DNA of 64,000 nt from an uncultured Bacteroidales bacterium (GTDB lineage Bacteria; Bacteroidota; Bacteroidia; Bacteroidales; UBA11471), in assembly GCA_947589325.1 (NCBI GenBank), contig CANQAM010000007.1, positions 21,147 through 85,146 of the forward strand, in the 5' to 3' direction. Every line of letters starts with the position of its first letter. Positions within the stretch are counted from its first letter, which is position 1. A model generated the notes under the pieces. The model saw nothing but the letters and a program-made list of their open reading frames with translations, searched no databases and was not told where the DNA came from. A program made the translations under genes and the position numbers. Of the stretch, positions 19,348-30,069 are shown in pieces.

Positions 19348-20100
19348 TTAGTCGTCCACCTCTTTTTTAATCCATTCGTAGCCCTTTTCTTCGAGTTCGA
19401 GAGCCAGCTCGGGTCCGCCCGATTTGACGATGCGGCCCTTGTAGAGCACGTGTACGAAATCGGGCGCGATGTAGTCGAGCAGCCGTTGGTAGTGCGTGAT
19501 GACAATGGTTGCGTTTTGGTCGGACTTCAACTGATTGACGCCTTGCGAAACGATGCGCAGGGCGTCGATGTCGAGTCCGCTGTCGGTTTCATCGAGTATC
19601 GACAGGCGTGGTTGCAGCATTGCCATTTGGAATATTTCGTTCCTTTTCTTTTCGCCGCCGGAAAAACCTTCGTTCACCGAACGTCCCGCCAGCTTGTTGT
19701 CTAATTCGACGATAGCCCGTTTTTCCCGCATCATTTTCAAAAAGTCTGTGGCGGAGAGGGGTTCCTCGTTCCGGTATTTCCGTTGGGCATTGATAGCCGC
19801 CCGCATGAAATTGACCATACTCACACCCGGTATCTCCACCGGATACTGGAAGCTCAGGAATATGCCTTCGTGCGAACGGTCTTCGGGCGACATAGCCAGC
19901 AGGTCTTTCCCGTAAAATTCGACGCTGCCGTCGGTTACTTCAAATGCCGGATTTCCTGCCAGCACCGAAGATAACGTACTTTTTCCCGAACCGTTCGGCC
20001 CCATGATGGCGTGTACTTCGCCGGGTTTCACCGTAAGGTCGATGCCTTTCAATATCTCTTTGCCGTTGATGGCGGCGTGCAGGTTTTTTATGATAAGCAT
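19348..20100 (-). CDS. sufC: Fe-S cluster assembly ATPase SufC
   Basis: Walker A GPNGSGKST, ABC signature FSGGEKKR, 250 aa. Confidence 0.95.
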   Translation of the reverse strand: MLIIKNLHAAINGKEILKGIDLTVKPGEVHAIMGPNGSGKSTLSSVLAGNPAFEVTDGSVEFYGKDLLAMSPEDRSHEGIFLSFQYPVEIPGVSMVNFMRAAINAQRKYRNEEPLSATDFLKMMREKRAIVELDNKLAGRSVNEGFSGGEKKRNEIFQMAMLQPRLSILDETDSGLDIDALRIVSQGVNQLKSDQNATIVITHYQRLLDYIAPDFVHVLYKGRIVKSGGPELALELEEKGYEWIKKEVDD

Positions 20101-20129
20101 ATCGTTGTCTGTTTTTATTGGTTACGGAA

Positions 20130-21629
20130 TCAGCCTACGGAGCCTTCAAGGGTGATTTGCAGCAGCTTCTGCGCCTCTACGGCAAACTCCATAGGCAGTT
20201 TGTTCATCACTTCTTTGGCATATCCATTGACAATAAGCCCTACGGCTTCTTCGGTGGAAATGCCGCGCTGGTTGCAATAGAATATTTGGTCTTCGTTGAT
20301 TTTCGAGGTGGTGGCTTCGTGTTCCACTACCGCCGTATCGTTTTTGATGTCCATGTAGGGGAACGTGTGCGCGCCGCAGTGGTCGCTCAGCAGCAGGCTG
20401 TCGCACTGGGTGTAGTTGCGGGCGTTGTCGGCATCGGGCGATACGCGCACCAACCCGCGATAGCTGTTTTGGCTGTAACCGGCGGAGATGCCTTTCGACA
20501 CGATGGTGCTGCGGGTGTTTTTGCCGAGATGTATCATTTTCGTGCCCGTGTCGGCTTGCTGGCGGTTGTTGGTTACAGCCACCGAGTAAAATTCGCCTGT
20601 CGAATTGTCTCCGGCGAGAATGCAGCTCGGGTATTTCCACGTAATGGCGGAGCCTGTTTCTACTTGCGTCCACGAGATTTTGGAGTGGTCGCCCTTGCAT
20701 AGTCCCCGTTTGGTTACGAAGTTGTAGATGCCGCCGCGACCCTCTTTATCGCCCGGATACCAGTTTTGCACGGTCGAATATTTCACTTCCGCCCGTTCAT
20801 GCGCCCGTATCTCCACGATAGCGGCGTGCAGTTGATTTTCGTCGCGCATGGGGGCGGTGCACCCTTCGAGGTAGCTCACGTAGCTGTCGTCGTCGGCGAC
20901 GATGAGGGTGCGCTCGAACTGTCCCGTGTTGGCGGCGTTGATGCGGAAGTAGGTCGATAGCTCCATGGGGCAGCGCACCCCTTTGGGTATATACACGAAC
21001 GAACCGTCGCTGAATACGGCGGAATTGAGTGCGGCAAAAAAGTTGTCGCGATACGACACCACCGAGCCGAGATACTGTCGCACAAGGTCGGGATAGTCTT
21101 TCACCGCTTCGCTGAACGAGCAGAATATGACACCGAGTTCGGCAAGTTTTTCCTTGAACGTCGTTTTCACCGAAACGCTGTCCATTACGGCATCGACGGC
21201 GATTCCCGAAAGTTTCATCTGTTCTTCCAACGAAATACCCAGCTTGTTGAATGTGCTGCGCAGTTCGGGGTCTATGTCGTCGAGGCTTTTGGGCGACTCT
21301 TTCTTTTTCGGGGCGGCGTAGTAGCTGATGGCTTGGTAGTCGATGTCGGGAATGTCGAGGTGTGCCCAGTGCGGCATTTCCAGCGTTTTCCAATGGGCAA
21401 ACGCTTTCAACCGGAAGTCGAGCAGCCACTCCGGCTCGCCTTTTTTCTCCGAGATAAGGCGCACCACCTCCTCATTCAGTCCGGTGGGAATGATGTCGGT
21501 TTCGATGTCGGTAACGAAGCCGTACTTGTAGTCCGACGACGTTACTTCCTGAATGATTTTTTCCGACGTGCCCGCATCGTTTTGGCTGTCGGAAAGGATT
21601 TTATGTGTAGAATCGTTTTCTTTTTTCAT
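20130..21629 (-). CDS. sufB: Fe-S cluster assembly scaffold SufB
   Basis: About 499 aa with conserved SufB C-terminal half. Start at ATG 21629 forms an ATGA overlap with the cvpA stop; ATG 21635 is the alternative. Confidence 0.94.
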   Translation of the reverse strand: MKKENDSTHKILSDSQNDAGTSEKIIQEVTSSDYKYGFVTDIETDIIPTGLNEEVVRLISEKKGEPEWLLDFRLKAFAHWKTLEMPHWAHLDIPDIDYQAISYYAAPKKKESPKSLDDIDPELRSTFNKLGISLEEQMKLSGIAVDAVMDSVSVKTTFKEKLAELGVIFCSFSEAVKDYPDLVRQYLGSVVSYRDNFFAALNSAVFSDGSFVYIPKGVRCPMELSTYFRINAANTGQFERTLIVADDDSYVSYLEGCTAPMRDENQLHAAIVEIRAHERAEVKYSTVQNWYPGDKEGRGGIYNFVTKRGLCKGDHSKISWTQVETGSAITWKYPSCILAGDNSTGEFYSVAVTNNRQQADTGTKMIHLGKNTRSTIVSKGISAGYSQNSYRGLVRVSPDADNARNYTQCDSLLLSDHCGAHTFPYMDIKNDTAVVEHEATTSKINEDQIFYCNQRGISTEEAVGLIVNGYAKEVMNKLPMEFAVEAQKLLQITLEGSVG

Positions 21630-22192
21630 ATCCATACGGTATTCGATTGTTTAACCGATTCGTATTTCTCATGGTTCGACGATAAGTCGGGAATATCGAT
21701 TTTATCTTTTGTATGGTCTATCAGGGCGGGTGCAAGTTTTACGACGAGTTCGCAGAGCTTTGCCTCTTGCGGAATCTGCGGCATTGAGGGTATCAAATCC
21801 TTGCTCATCAACAGGTACAGGTTGAGCGCCACACTTACCATAAAGGTATATTTGAAGATACCGAACGCGCAGCCGATGATGCGGTCTATCCACCCCAGAT
21901 GCAGCAGATGCACCGTTTTCTTGACAAGCCGCGTGATAAAATAGCAGCCGAACAGCAGTATCAGAAATGTAAAAAGATAAGCTAATTTGTGGATAATGGC
22001 AGGGCCGGCGAAATCGAAACGGAGCAGGAGGTTTTCGAGAAACGGCGAAAGCATGCCCGAGAATACTATGGCGATAATCAGACCGCCCAGCGAACCGAGC
22101 TGTTGCACGATGCCGATGAAAAATCCCCGTACCAGTCCGATGGCGAGAATGCCTCCTACCACGATGTCGATGACTTGCAAGTTCATTTCCAT
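21626..22192 (-). CDS. cvpA: CvpA family membrane protein
   Basis: 188 aa, four hydrophobic segments. N-terminus [21 protein letters not shown] is typical of CvpA. Confidence 0.8.
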   Translation of the reverse strand: MEMNLQVIDIVVGGILAIGLVRGFFIGIVQQLGSLGGLIIAIVFSGMLSPFLENLLLRFDFAGPAIIHKLAYLFTFLILLFGCYFITRLVKKTVHLLHLGWIDRIIGCAFGIFKYTFMVSVALNLYLLMSKDLIPSMPQIPQEAKLCELVVKLAPALIDHTKDKIDIPDLSSNHEKYESVKQSNTVWI

Positions 22193-22252
22193 AAAAGCCG
22201 AAAGGCGCCCGCCGGCTCTTTCGAAGCCGACGCCGCCTTATCGTTTTGTGTA

Positions 22253-25045
22253 TTAAAGCGTTTTCTTCACTTCTACTTCTTCATAGGCTTCGATGAGGTC
22301 GCCCACTTTCACATCGTTGTAGTTGGTGATGTTCAGTCCGCATTCATAGCCGGAGGCAACCTCTTTGACATCGTCCTTGAAGCGTTTCAGCGAACCGAGT
22401 TCGCCGCTGTATATCACGATGCCGTCGCGTATGAGACGTATCTTGTTGGTGCGTTTTATCTTGCCTTCTTTCACGATGCCACCGGCTACCGTGCCCACTT
22501 TCGAGATGTGGAATGTTTCGCGTACTTCGACCGTGGCGGTAACTTCTTCCTTGATTTCGGGCGAAAGCATACCTTCCATAGCTGCTTTCACCTCTTCTAT
22601 GGCATCGTAGATGATGGAGTAGAGGCGTATATCCACGCCCTCTTTTTCCGCCAACCGGCGAGCAGCAATGGAGGGGCGCACTTGGAATCCTACGATGACG
22701 GCATTCGAGGCGGCTGCCAGCGTTACGTCCGATTCCGAAATTTGACCTACCGCTTTATGCAATACGTTCACTTGTATCTCTTCGGTCGAAAGTTTGATGA
22801 GCGAGTCGCTCAATGCTTCGATAGAACCGTCTACGTCGCCTTTGACGATGATGTTCAATTCTTGGAAATTGCCGATGGCGATGCGGCGGCCTATATCGTC
22901 GAGGGTCAGCAGCTTGTGGGTGCGTAAGCCGAGTTCGCGCTGCAACTGTTCCCGTTTGGTGGCGATTTCGCGCGCCTCCTGTTCAGTGGGCATTACCTTG
23001 AATTGGTCGCCTGCCGTCGGTGCGCCGTTCAATCCGAGTATCAGCACGGGAGCGGAGGGACCGGCTTCGGCGATGCGGGCGTTGCGTTCGTTGAACATCG
23101 CTTTCACGCGGCCGAATTGCGTTCCCGCCAATACGATGTCGCCCGTGTGCAGCGTACCGTTTTCCACGAGTACCGTTGCCACGTAGCCGCGACCTTTGTC
23201 GAGTGCCGATTCGATAATGGAGCCGGAGGCGCGGCGCTTGGGGTTGGCTTTCAGGTCGAGCATTTCGGCTTCGAGCAGCACTTTTTCCATCAGCTCTTTC
23301 ACGCCCGTACCTTTCTTTGCCGAGATGTCCTGCGACTGGTATTTGCCGCCCCATTCTTCCACGAGATAGTTCATGTTTGCCAGCGCCTCTTTTATTTTGT
23401 CGGGATTGGCGTTCGGCTTATCTATTTTATTGATAGCGAATACAATGGGAACGCCTGCGGCAGAGGCGTGGTTGATAGCCTCGATGGTTTGCGGCATCAC
23501 GTTGTCGTCGGCGGCCACGATAATGATGGCAATGTCGGTAACTTTGGCTCCGCGCGCACGCATGGCGGTGAACGCTTCGTGTCCGGGCGTATCGAGGAAC
23601 GTGATGCGGCGGCCGTCTTCCAATACCACGTTATAGGCGCCGATATGCTGTGTGATGCCTCCCGCTTCGCCGGCGATGACGTTGGCATTGCGTATGTAGT
23701 CGAGCAACGACGTTTTACCGTGATCGACGTGTCCCATTACCGTTACGATAGGCGGACGCTGCGTGAGGTCGGCTTCGTCGTCTTCCTCGTCATTATTGAT
23801 GTTTTCGATAACTTCGGCGCTTACATATTCGGTCTGGAATCCGAACTCTTCGGCGACGAGGTTGATGGTTTCGGCATCGAGACGTTGGTTTATCGACACC
23901 ATGATACCGATGCTCATGCAGGTGGCGATGACGTTGTTTACGGGTACGTTCATCATGCTGGCGAGGTCGTTGGCAGTAACGAACTCGGTGAGTTTCAATA
24001 TATGGCTTTCTTCCATTTCCCGTTCGGCAGCTTCGGCAGCTCTTGTCGAAACGGCTTCTCGTTTTTCCTTGCGCCACTTCGCGCTTTTTTTCGGGGTTTT
24101 GGCGGTCAGTCGGGTGAGTGTTTCTTTGATTTGGCGCTGTACATCTTCTTCATTGATTTCGGTCTTTATCGACTTTTTCGATTTCGATGAAAGCCTTTCG
24201 TTGCGCCGGTCGTTCCGGTCGCTGCTGTATGAGTTGTCAAAATTGTGCTCGATGTCGATACGCTCTTTTTTGATACGTTTCCGTTTTTTGCGTTCGCCCT
24301 CGTTTCCCGTGTTTTCGATGGGCTGTATGGGGGCGGGACGTTTGGCATCGGGACGCTGCTTTTCTTTGGCATCGCGTTCTTTGCGCTTTTCCTCTTTGCT
24401 CTTCTTTTTCGGACGGGTCTGCTGGTTAAGAGCATCGAGGTCTATTTTCCCGACAACGTTGATTTCCGGGGTTTTGCTTCTTGTGAGTTTGAAAACCTCC
24501 TCTCTTTCGGGGTTGGCGGCAGGGGTATCATTCGTCTCTTCCGGCTGCGGCCGGTTTTCGGTCGCGGCTTGCGGTTCTTCCGGCTGCGATCCGCTTGCGG
24601 CACTTTTTCCCGATTCGGTCGTTTCGGGTTCTTCTGTCGTCACGGCAGTTTTCTCGACAATTTCCGCTTTCGGTTCATTTCCGACGGGGGGCTCAGGTTT
24701 CTTTTCGTTGTTTTTTTTATATAAAGTGTCGAGATTTATTTTTCCGACGGCTTTGATGTGAGGTTTTAACGAGTCGTCGATGACGGTTTCGATTTCTTTC
24801 GGTTTGTCTTCGATTTCTTCCTGAGCAGCCTTTTTCTCTTTTTGCCGTTCTTGGTTGAAGCGCTCCGATTCGATTTTCAGTTCCTTGTCGGTGCTGAACT
24901 CTTTTACGAGCAATCCATATTGTTCGTCCGTAATTTTAGTACTCGGATTCGATTCTACATCAAATCCTTTCTTTTGCAAGAACGACACGGCGGTCTGTAT
25001 TCCTACGTTTAACTCCTTTATGACTTTGTTTAACCTTATCGACAT
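22253..25045 (-). CDS. infB: translation initiation factor IF-2
   Basis: 930 aa with a K/E-rich N-terminal region and GTPase motifs [21 protein letters not shown]. Confidence 0.97.
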   Translation of the reverse strand: MSIRLNKVIKELNVGIQTAVSFLQKKGFDVESNPSTKITDEQYGLLVKEFSTDKELKIESERFNQERQKEKKAAQEEIEDKPKEIETVIDDSLKPHIKAVGKINLDTLYKKNNEKKPEPPVGNEPKAEIVEKTAVTTEEPETTESGKSAASGSQPEEPQAATENRPQPEETNDTPAANPEREEVFKLTRSKTPEINVVGKIDLDALNQQTRPKKKSKEEKRKERDAKEKQRPDAKRPAPIQPIENTGNEGERKKRKRIKKERIDIEHNFDNSYSSDRNDRRNERLSSKSKKSIKTEINEEDVQRQIKETLTRLTAKTPKKSAKWRKEKREAVSTRAAEAAEREMEESHILKLTEFVTANDLASMMNVPVNNVIATCMSIGIMVSINQRLDAETINLVAEEFGFQTEYVSAEVIENINNDEEDDEADLTQRPPIVTVMGHVDHGKTSLLDYIRNANVIAGEAGGITQHIGAYNVVLEDGRRITFLDTPGHEAFTAMRARGAKVTDIAIIIVAADDNVMPQTIEAINHASAAGVPIVFAINKIDKPNANPDKIKEALANMNYLVEEWGGKYQSQDISAKKGTGVKELMEKVLLEAEMLDLKANPKRRASGSIIESALDKGRGYVATVLVENGTLHTGDIVLAGTQFGRVKAMFNERNARIAEAGPSAPVLILGLNGAPTAGDQFKVMPTEQEAREIATKREQLQRELGLRTHKLLTLDDIGRRIAIGNFQELNIIVKGDVDGSIEALSDSLIKLSTEEIQVNVLHKAVGQISESDVTLAAASNAVIVGFQVRPSIAARRLAEKEGVDIRLYSIIYDAIEEVKAAMEGMLSPEIKEEVTATVEVRETFHISKVGTVAGGIVKEGKIKRTNKIRLIRDGIVIYSGELGSLKRFKDDVKEVASGYECGLNITNYNDVKVGDLIEAYEEVEVKKTL

Positions 25046-25101
25046 AATTGTTTTTTAACGTTGTTTTGAATGTACCGGCTTTTTTCCTGCGGTCGGGATT
25101 T

Positions 25102-26376
25102 TCAAGCCTCCTCCTCGTTCTCGTTGTCGTCAAATTCGGCTTTCAGTATGCGGAGCACTTCATCGACGGTGTTTTCTTCGAGGTCGGCGCCTTCGATAAG
25201 TTCTTCACGCGATTTCGCCAAGACGCTTTTGGCGGTGGCGCAGCCGATGCTTTTCAGCGCTTCGATTATCCACTCGTCGATTTCGTCTTTGAACTCGTCG
25301 AGATAGATATCTTCCACCACATCTTCGTCGATGTCGCGATATACGTCTATGGTGTAACCCGTCAGCATACCGGCGAGTTTGATGTTGAATCCGCCTTTGC
25401 CGATAGCCAAAGACACTTCATCGGGTTTGAGGAATACTTCGGCTTTGTGTTCTTCTTCGTTGAGGCGTATCGACGATATTTTGGCGGGATTCAATGCCCG
25501 CTGTATGAACAGGGAGATGTTGGAGGTGTAGTTGATGACATCGATATTTTCGTTTCGCAGCTCCCGCACAATGCCGTGTATGCGCGACCCTTTCACGCCC
25601 ACGCAGGCGCCTACGGGGTCGATGCGTTCATCGTACGATTCTACGGCTATTTTGGCGCGTTCGCCCGGAATGCGGGCTACCTTGTGTATGGTGATGAGTC
25701 CGTCATGTATCTCGGGCACTTCCAGTTCGAAAAGCCGGCGCAGGAAGTCTTCCGATGTACGCGACACGATGATTTTCGGATTGTTGTTTTTGTTATCGAC
25801 TTCGACGATGACGGCACGCACCGATTCTCCTTTACGGAATACGTCGCCCGGTATCTGCTCGCTTTTGGGCAGCAGCATTTCATTGCCGTTGTCGTCGATG
25901 AGCAGCACCTCTTTTTTCCACGTCTGATACACTTCGGCGCTTATCAACTGACCGATTTTGTCTTTATACAGATTATAGATGGCGTCTTTTTGCAGTTCGA
26001 GTATTTTCGAAGCGAGTGTCTGACGCAGATTCAATATGGCACGGCGTCCGAATTTCTCGAAGAATACTTCGTCGGTAACTTCTTCGCCCACTTCGTAGTC
26101 TTCGTCGATTTTCTTCGCTTCCGACAAGGCGATTTGCAGGTTGGGGTCTTCTACTTTGTCGTCTTCTACGACGGCGCGGTTGCGCCATATCTCGAAGTCG
26201 CCTTTGTCGGGATTGACGATGATGTCGAAGTTTTCATCGGTTCCGAACATCTTTGCCAATACATTGCGGAAAGACTCTTCCAACACGCTGATCATGGTGG
26301 TGCGGTCGATGTTCTTCAATTCCTTGAACTCGGCGAAGGTATCGATCATGCTGATAGTTTCCTCTTTCTTTGCCAT
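25102..26376 (-). CDS. nusA: transcription termination/antitermination factor NusA
   Basis: 424 aa with S1 and two KH regions (GACVGVKGSRI, LAIGKGGFNIKLA). Canonical rimP-nusA-infB order. Confidence 0.96.
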   Translation of the reverse strand: MAKKEETISMIDTFAEFKELKNIDRTTMISVLEESFRNVLAKMFGTDENFDIIVNPDKGDFEIWRNRAVVEDDKVEDPNLQIALSEAKKIDEDYEVGEEVTDEVFFEKFGRRAILNLRQTLASKILELQKDAIYNLYKDKIGQLISAEVYQTWKKEVLLIDDNGNEMLLPKSEQIPGDVFRKGESVRAVIVEVDNKNNNPKIIVSRTSEDFLRRLFELEVPEIHDGLITIHKVARIPGERAKIAVESYDERIDPVGACVGVKGSRIHGIVRELRNENIDVINYTSNISLFIQRALNPAKISSIRLNEEEHKAEVFLKPDEVSLAIGKGGFNIKLAGMLTGYTIDVYRDIDEDVVEDIYLDEFKDEIDEWIIEALKSIGCATAKSVLAKSREELIEGADLEENTVDEVLRILKAEFDDNENEEEA

Positions 26377-26377
26377 A

Positions 26378-26845
26378 CTATTTGAATCTGATTAAATATT
26401 TTGTATATTTTACTTCATTATATATATAGGTCAAATCTTCTTCGACCTCTATTTTGCGTTTTGCTCCTTCGGGTTTTACTTTTTTCGTAACCGTAACGAC
26501 GAATTTTTCGTCGTCGGCCGCTTTGAGTATGCCCGAGAGTTTCACGCCGCTGCGTGTGAGCACCTCTACTTCGTTGCCGATGTTTTTCACATACTGGCGG
26601 GCGATTTTGAACGGAGAGGTCAGTCCGCTCGACCCCACTTCCAGCTCGTAATCTTCCGTGTCGCGGTCGAGGCGGCTTTCGATGAAGCGGTGCAGCCGCT
26701 CGCATTGCTCGATGTCCACACCGCCGTCGTTGTCTATTTCCACGACGATGCGGTTGTCGGGCGACACGCTTACCTCCACCACAAACAGGTCGCTGCCTGC
26801 GATGCCTTCTTCTGCGATTTGCCGGACGCTGTTCGTATCTATCAT
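26378..26845 (-). CDS. rimP: ribosome maturation factor RimP
   Basis: Start at ATG 26845 gives a 155-aa protein MIDTNSVRQIAEE... of normal RimP size. The upstream part of the track ORF runs through the promoter and hairpin. Confidence 0.88.
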   Translation of the reverse strand: MIDTNSVRQIAEEGIAGSDLFVVEVSVSPDNRIVVEIDNDGGVDIEQCERLHRFIESRLDRDTEDYELEVGSSGLTSPFKIARQYVKNIGNEVEVLTRSGVKLSGILKAADDEKFVVTVTKKVKPEGAKRKIEVEEDLTYIYNEVKYTKYLIRFK

Positions 26846-26872
26846 GTCGTTCTCGATAGTTTGAGAATGAAA

Positions 26873-26899
26873 CGAGGGGACAACTTTTTTGTCCCCTCG
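26873..26899 (-). promoter_or_regulatory. 5'-leader hairpin plus U-rich tract of the rimP-nusA-infB operon (candidate attenuator)
   Basis: On the minus strand the sequence is CGAGGGGACAA-AAAAG-TTGTCCCCTCG (perfect 11-bp stem) followed by TTTCATTCTC. It lies between the -7 box (26913-26920) and the rimP ATG (26845). Confidence 0.5.
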
Positions 26900-26912
26900 C
26901 TCGTTTACGCTA

Positions 26913-26920
26913 CAAATATA
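26913..26920 (-). promoter_or_regulatory. -7 promoter box (TATATTTG) for rimP-nusA-infB
   Basis: The reverse complement of CAAATATA matches TAnnTTTG. Confidence 0.5.
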
Positions 26921-27014
26921 AGGATTTTCGGTTTTGCCCGCAATACCCGATGTTTTATTTAAGAGAGAATCGGGCTTTTTCGTTGAAAATTTATATTTTT
27001 TTAATACTTGCAAT

Positions 27015-27719
27015 TTATTCGATAGGGAAGGGAAACTGTCGCAGCTCTTTGCGCAGAGCCGCCTCTTTGCCGTCGCAATAACGGTTGCAAAGTTCGTGAA
27101 AACGGGCACTGTGGTTCATTTCATGGAGATGGGCGAGTTCGTGCAGTATCACATAGTCGATGAGCCTGTCGGGCAGGCACATCAGGTAGTAGGAGAGGGT
27201 GATGCGGTGGTCGTTGCGGCACGAGCCGAGCCGGTGTCTGCCGTGCGAAATCACGATACCGCTATATCGGCTGCCGATTTTTTCGCTCCACTGTTTCAGC
27301 CGCTCGGGGAGATAACGTTCGGCCGATGCTTTCAGATGCGGACGTATGAGGCGGGCTATTTTCTCCTGCACTTCGCGGTCGTTGCAGGTGTCGAGCAGCG
27401 GCAGCGTGAGGTGCAGCGTGTCGCCCGTGCGGCGTGAGCGATAGCTGCTGCCGGCCGCTTCATCTATCACGACGACGAAATCGTGCATATAGACCACATC
27501 GCCGTATTTCAGAAAGTTATCGACATGGCGCGAAAACAGCTTTTGCAACGTCTGCCGCTTGGTTTCGATGACTGCTTGCAGCGATTTTATGCCGGCCCTC
27601 TCCGGCAGGGTGATATGGAGCTGCCCTTGCTTGACGCGGAAAATAAAGCGTCGCGCTTTCGGGTTCCGATGCAGCGCAATGGTGCCGAATACGTCGTCCT
27701 GCAAATAATCCGTTTCCAT
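27015..27719 (-). CDS. YgjP-like (DUF45) / M48-family zinc metallohydrolase
   Basis: 234 aa with the HEXXH motif in ILHELAHLHEMNHSARF near the C-terminus, the typical DUF45 layout. A TATCTTTG box sits only 4 nt before the ATG (27724-27731), so the mRNA may be leaderless or the start may lie further downstream. Confidence 0.8.
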   Translation of the reverse strand: METDYLQDDVFGTIALHRNPKARRFIFRVKQGQLHITLPERAGIKSLQAVIETKRQTLQKLFSRHVDNFLKYGDVVYMHDFVVVIDEAAGSSYRSRRTGDTLHLTLPLLDTCNDREVQEKIARLIRPHLKASAERYLPERLKQWSEKIGSRYSGIVISHGRHRLGSCRNDHRITLSYYLMCLPDRLIDYVILHELAHLHEMNHSARFHELCNRYCDGKEAALRKELRQFPFPIE

Positions 27720-27789
27720 ACGGCAAAGATAACGCTATTCGCACACAAATGCAAAATGATTTTTCGGCAGAATCAAAATCGGGAGCGCG

Positions 27790-28104
27790 CTATCGGCAGA
27801 GCGAGGCAAACAGACGGGCGAAATAGGATAATTGCAATTCTCCCAATTCATCTTCTTTTCCGATGCTTATCATCGACAACAGGTATCGGGCGAATTGCAG
27901 ACGGGTGCTTGTTTTTGTTATCGAAAGGAATACTTCCGACGGCTCGACGGCAGTCATTTCCGATATTTCAGGATTGTAGTCGTATTTTCGACATACGGCT
28001 TCTATGATGCTTTGCTTCTCTTTTTGGTGCGAAGGAAAGCTGCCCGATAAAACTACCAATGTTTGCAGCAGTGCGGCTAATTCCCTTTTTGATGGCTTTT
28101 CCAT
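27790..28104 (-). CDS. hypothetical protein (104 aa)
   Basis: Intact ORF with its own TACTTTTG box (28142-28149). I recognise no motif. Confidence 0.45.
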   Translation of the reverse strand: MEKPSKRELAALLQTLVVLSGSFPSHQKEKQSIIEAVCRKYDYNPEISEMTAVEPSEVFLSITKTSTRLQFARYLLSMISIGKEDELGELQLSYFARLFASLCR

Positions 28105-28286
28105 GAATTGCTTATTTTAGTTGTAAAACTAAATGAATAAGCAAAAGTAATAAAATAAACCAATAAAATATGAAATATCCGCAATGAAATCTGTTTATTT
28201 AGTATTTTTATCAAAAGAGATGTGAAAAGAGTTCGGCGTTTTTTGCGGGAATATGGAGCGTGCCGGAAAAGTTTTCCCCTGTTTTT

Positions 28287-29153
28287 TTATCTGTGGCTGC
28301 GAAGGTCCACACCCCACATCAGTTTTTTTCGGAGCGTGTCGCCGAACAGTCGGCCGTTGTGTTTGACCACGTGTATGGCAAACGGCGCTTTGCGCAGGGT
28401 GATGCTGTCGCCCGAGTTCAACTCTTCGGAACGTCCGTCGAGACTTACGAGAAAATGCCCGTTCCGGCTTTCGGCGACAAGGCGTATTTCGTCGTTGTCG
28501 TCGATGACTAACGGCCTCATGGTGAGGCTGTGCGGCGCCACCGGCGTGAGTACGAAACTTGTCGCCTGCGGGGCGACGATGGGACCTCCTGCACTCAGCG
28601 AATAGCCGGTGGAGCCGGTAGGCGTGGACACTAACAGTCCGTCGGCTTGATACGTGTTGAGAAATGCCCCGTTGAGATAAGCATGTACGGCGAGCATCGA
28701 CGAGGTGTCGAGTTTCAGTATCGCTGCTTCGTTGAGGGCGTATGGCCATGCCGCCCGCGACCCTTCCGTTACATGCAGGAGCGACCGCTTTTCTGCCGTG
28801 TACCGACCTGCTGCGATGTCGCCGATAGCGGCTTCTGCTTCATCTTCCTGCACGTCGGCAAGAAAGCCCATACGCCCGAGATTGATGCCTAATATGGGTA
28901 TCTCTTTTTTGCCTACGCGCTCGGCGGTTTTCAGAAACGTGCCGTCTCCGCCCAGACTCAGCGCCATGTCGGCATCGAAGTCGTATCCCGAAAAAGAGGC
29001 ATACGGAATGTCGGCATTCATCTGTTCGAGAATCTCGCGCAAATCGTTGTCGAGGACGATTTCTATCGGATATTTTTTGAAAATATCGAGCAGACGTTTT
29101 GCCGTCGCTTGTTTCTCCGGGTCGAACGGTTTTCCGAAAATGGCTATTTTCAT
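28287..29153 (-). CDS. nadK: NAD kinase
   Basis: 288 aa with GGDGT motif (LSLGGDGTFL) and STPTGSTGYSLSAGGP. Confidence 0.94.
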   Translation of the reverse strand: MKIAIFGKPFDPEKQATAKRLLDIFKKYPIEIVLDNDLREILEQMNADIPYASFSGYDFDADMALSLGGDGTFLKTAERVGKKEIPILGINLGRMGFLADVQEDEAEAAIGDIAAGRYTAEKRSLLHVTEGSRAAWPYALNEAAILKLDTSSMLAVHAYLNGAFLNTYQADGLLVSTPTGSTGYSLSAGGPIVAPQATSFVLTPVAPHSLTMRPLVIDDNDEIRLVAESRNGHFLVSLDGRSEELNSGDSITLRKAPFAIHVVKHNGRLFGDTLRKKLMWGVDLRSHR

Positions 29154-29237
29154 AAGACGTAAAATACAAAATGTTTTAATTTCATAAATGCGCCGATATT
29201 TGTCCGAGAGAATTTTTCGGATTCGAACAAAAGCTAT

Positions 29238-29245
29238 TACCTTTG
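29238..29245 (+). promoter_or_regulatory. -7 promoter box (TACCTTTG) upstream of pdxJ
   Basis: Exact TAnnTTTG, about 80 nt upstream of ATG 29325. Confidence 0.45.
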
Positions 29246-29324
29246 CGCATTATACGACGGCGACAAAAATACAAAAAAAAACGCTTGCTCGCATATTCCG
29301 GTGTAAAACGAAACAAATTTGCCT

Positions 29325-30038
29325 ATGACCCGATTAAGTGTGAATATCAATAAAGTGGCGACGATACGCAATGCACGGGGCGGAAATGCGCCCGATGTGC
29401 TGAAATTCGCTCTCGACTGCGAACGCTTCGGCGTCGAAGGCATAACGGTGCACCCGCGCCCCGACGAGCGTCATATCCGTTACAGCGATGTCTATGCGCT
29501 GCGACCTGTTGTATCGACGGAGTTCAATATCGAAGGAAATCCTATCGACAAATTCATCGATTTGGTTTTGAAAGTCAAGCCCACGCAGGTAACGCTCGTA
29601 CCCGATGCGCACGACGCCATTACCTCCGATGCGGGTTGGGACACGCGCAAACACTTCGACTTTCTCTGCGATGTGGTGGGCAGATTCAAAGAGGCCGGTA
29701 TTCGCACTTCGATATTCATCGACGCCGACGAAGAAATGGCGGAGTGGGCTGCCAAGACCGGCACCGACCGCATCGAACTCTATACCGAGCCGTACGCCGC
29801 CGGTTATGCTGCCGATCGCGAAAAAGCCGTCGCGCCCTTTGTCGCCGCAGCCGAATTGGCGCATAAAGCCGGATTGGGCATCAATGCGGGGCACGACCTC
29901 AATCTCGAAAACCTCGCCTACTTTCACCGGCAGGTGCCGTACCTCGACGAAGTTTCCATCGGGCACGCCATCGTCTGCGATGCGCTCTATCTGGGCATTG
30001 CCGAAACGATACGCCGCTACAAGGAATGTTTGAAATAA
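29325..30038 (+). CDS. pdxJ: pyridoxine 5'-phosphate synthase
   Basis: [20 protein letters not shown] and [10 protein letters not shown] motifs. The track start 29319 is a TTG two codons upstream. Confidence 0.95.
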   Translation: MTRLSVNINKVATIRNARGGNAPDVLKFALDCERFGVEGITVHPRPDERHIRYSDVYALRPVVSTEFNIEGNPIDKFIDLVLKVKPTQVTLVPDAHDAITSDAGWDTRKHFDFLCDVVGRFKEAGIRTSIFIDADEEMAEWAAKTGTDRIELYTEPYAAGYAADREKAVAPFVAAAELAHKAGLGINAGHDLNLENLAYFHRQVPYLDEVSIGHAIVCDALYLGIAETIRRYKECLK

Positions 30039-30069
30039 ATGAAATATTAATCGAATAAAAAACTCCCCT

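Noticed and set aside
16895-19351. An 818-aa ORF on the plus strand spanning sufS, the sufS-sufD spacer and sufD.
   Set aside because: It lies entirely antisense to two genes with unmistakable SufS/SufD motifs. Its translation is R/G/V/H/A-rich and low in complexity, with no recognisable domain and no promoter box or start context. Long stop-free antisense frames are expected when sense codon usage avoids TTA/CTA/TCA.
26846-27109. An 88-codon N-terminal extension of rimP in the track ORF (243 aa).
   Set aside because: The extension runs through the leader hairpin, the TATATTTG box and the 3' end of the ygjP-like gene. RimP proteins are about 150 aa, and ATG 26845 gives exactly that. I applied the same logic to the extensions of copA (11166-11291, which contains a terminator), the SIMPL gene (7373-7597), prfA, thrS, the GH2 gene, the LysM gene and the PorT-like gene.
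29219-29228. GGATTCGAAC, the reverse complement of GTTCGAATCC, which is a tRNA T-loop-like string in the nadK-pdxJ spacer.
   Set aside because: The flanks cannot form a T-stem (TTTTG versus CCGAA pairs only at G:C). No acceptor, D or anticodon arms can be drawn in the surrounding 90 nt. It is a chance match.
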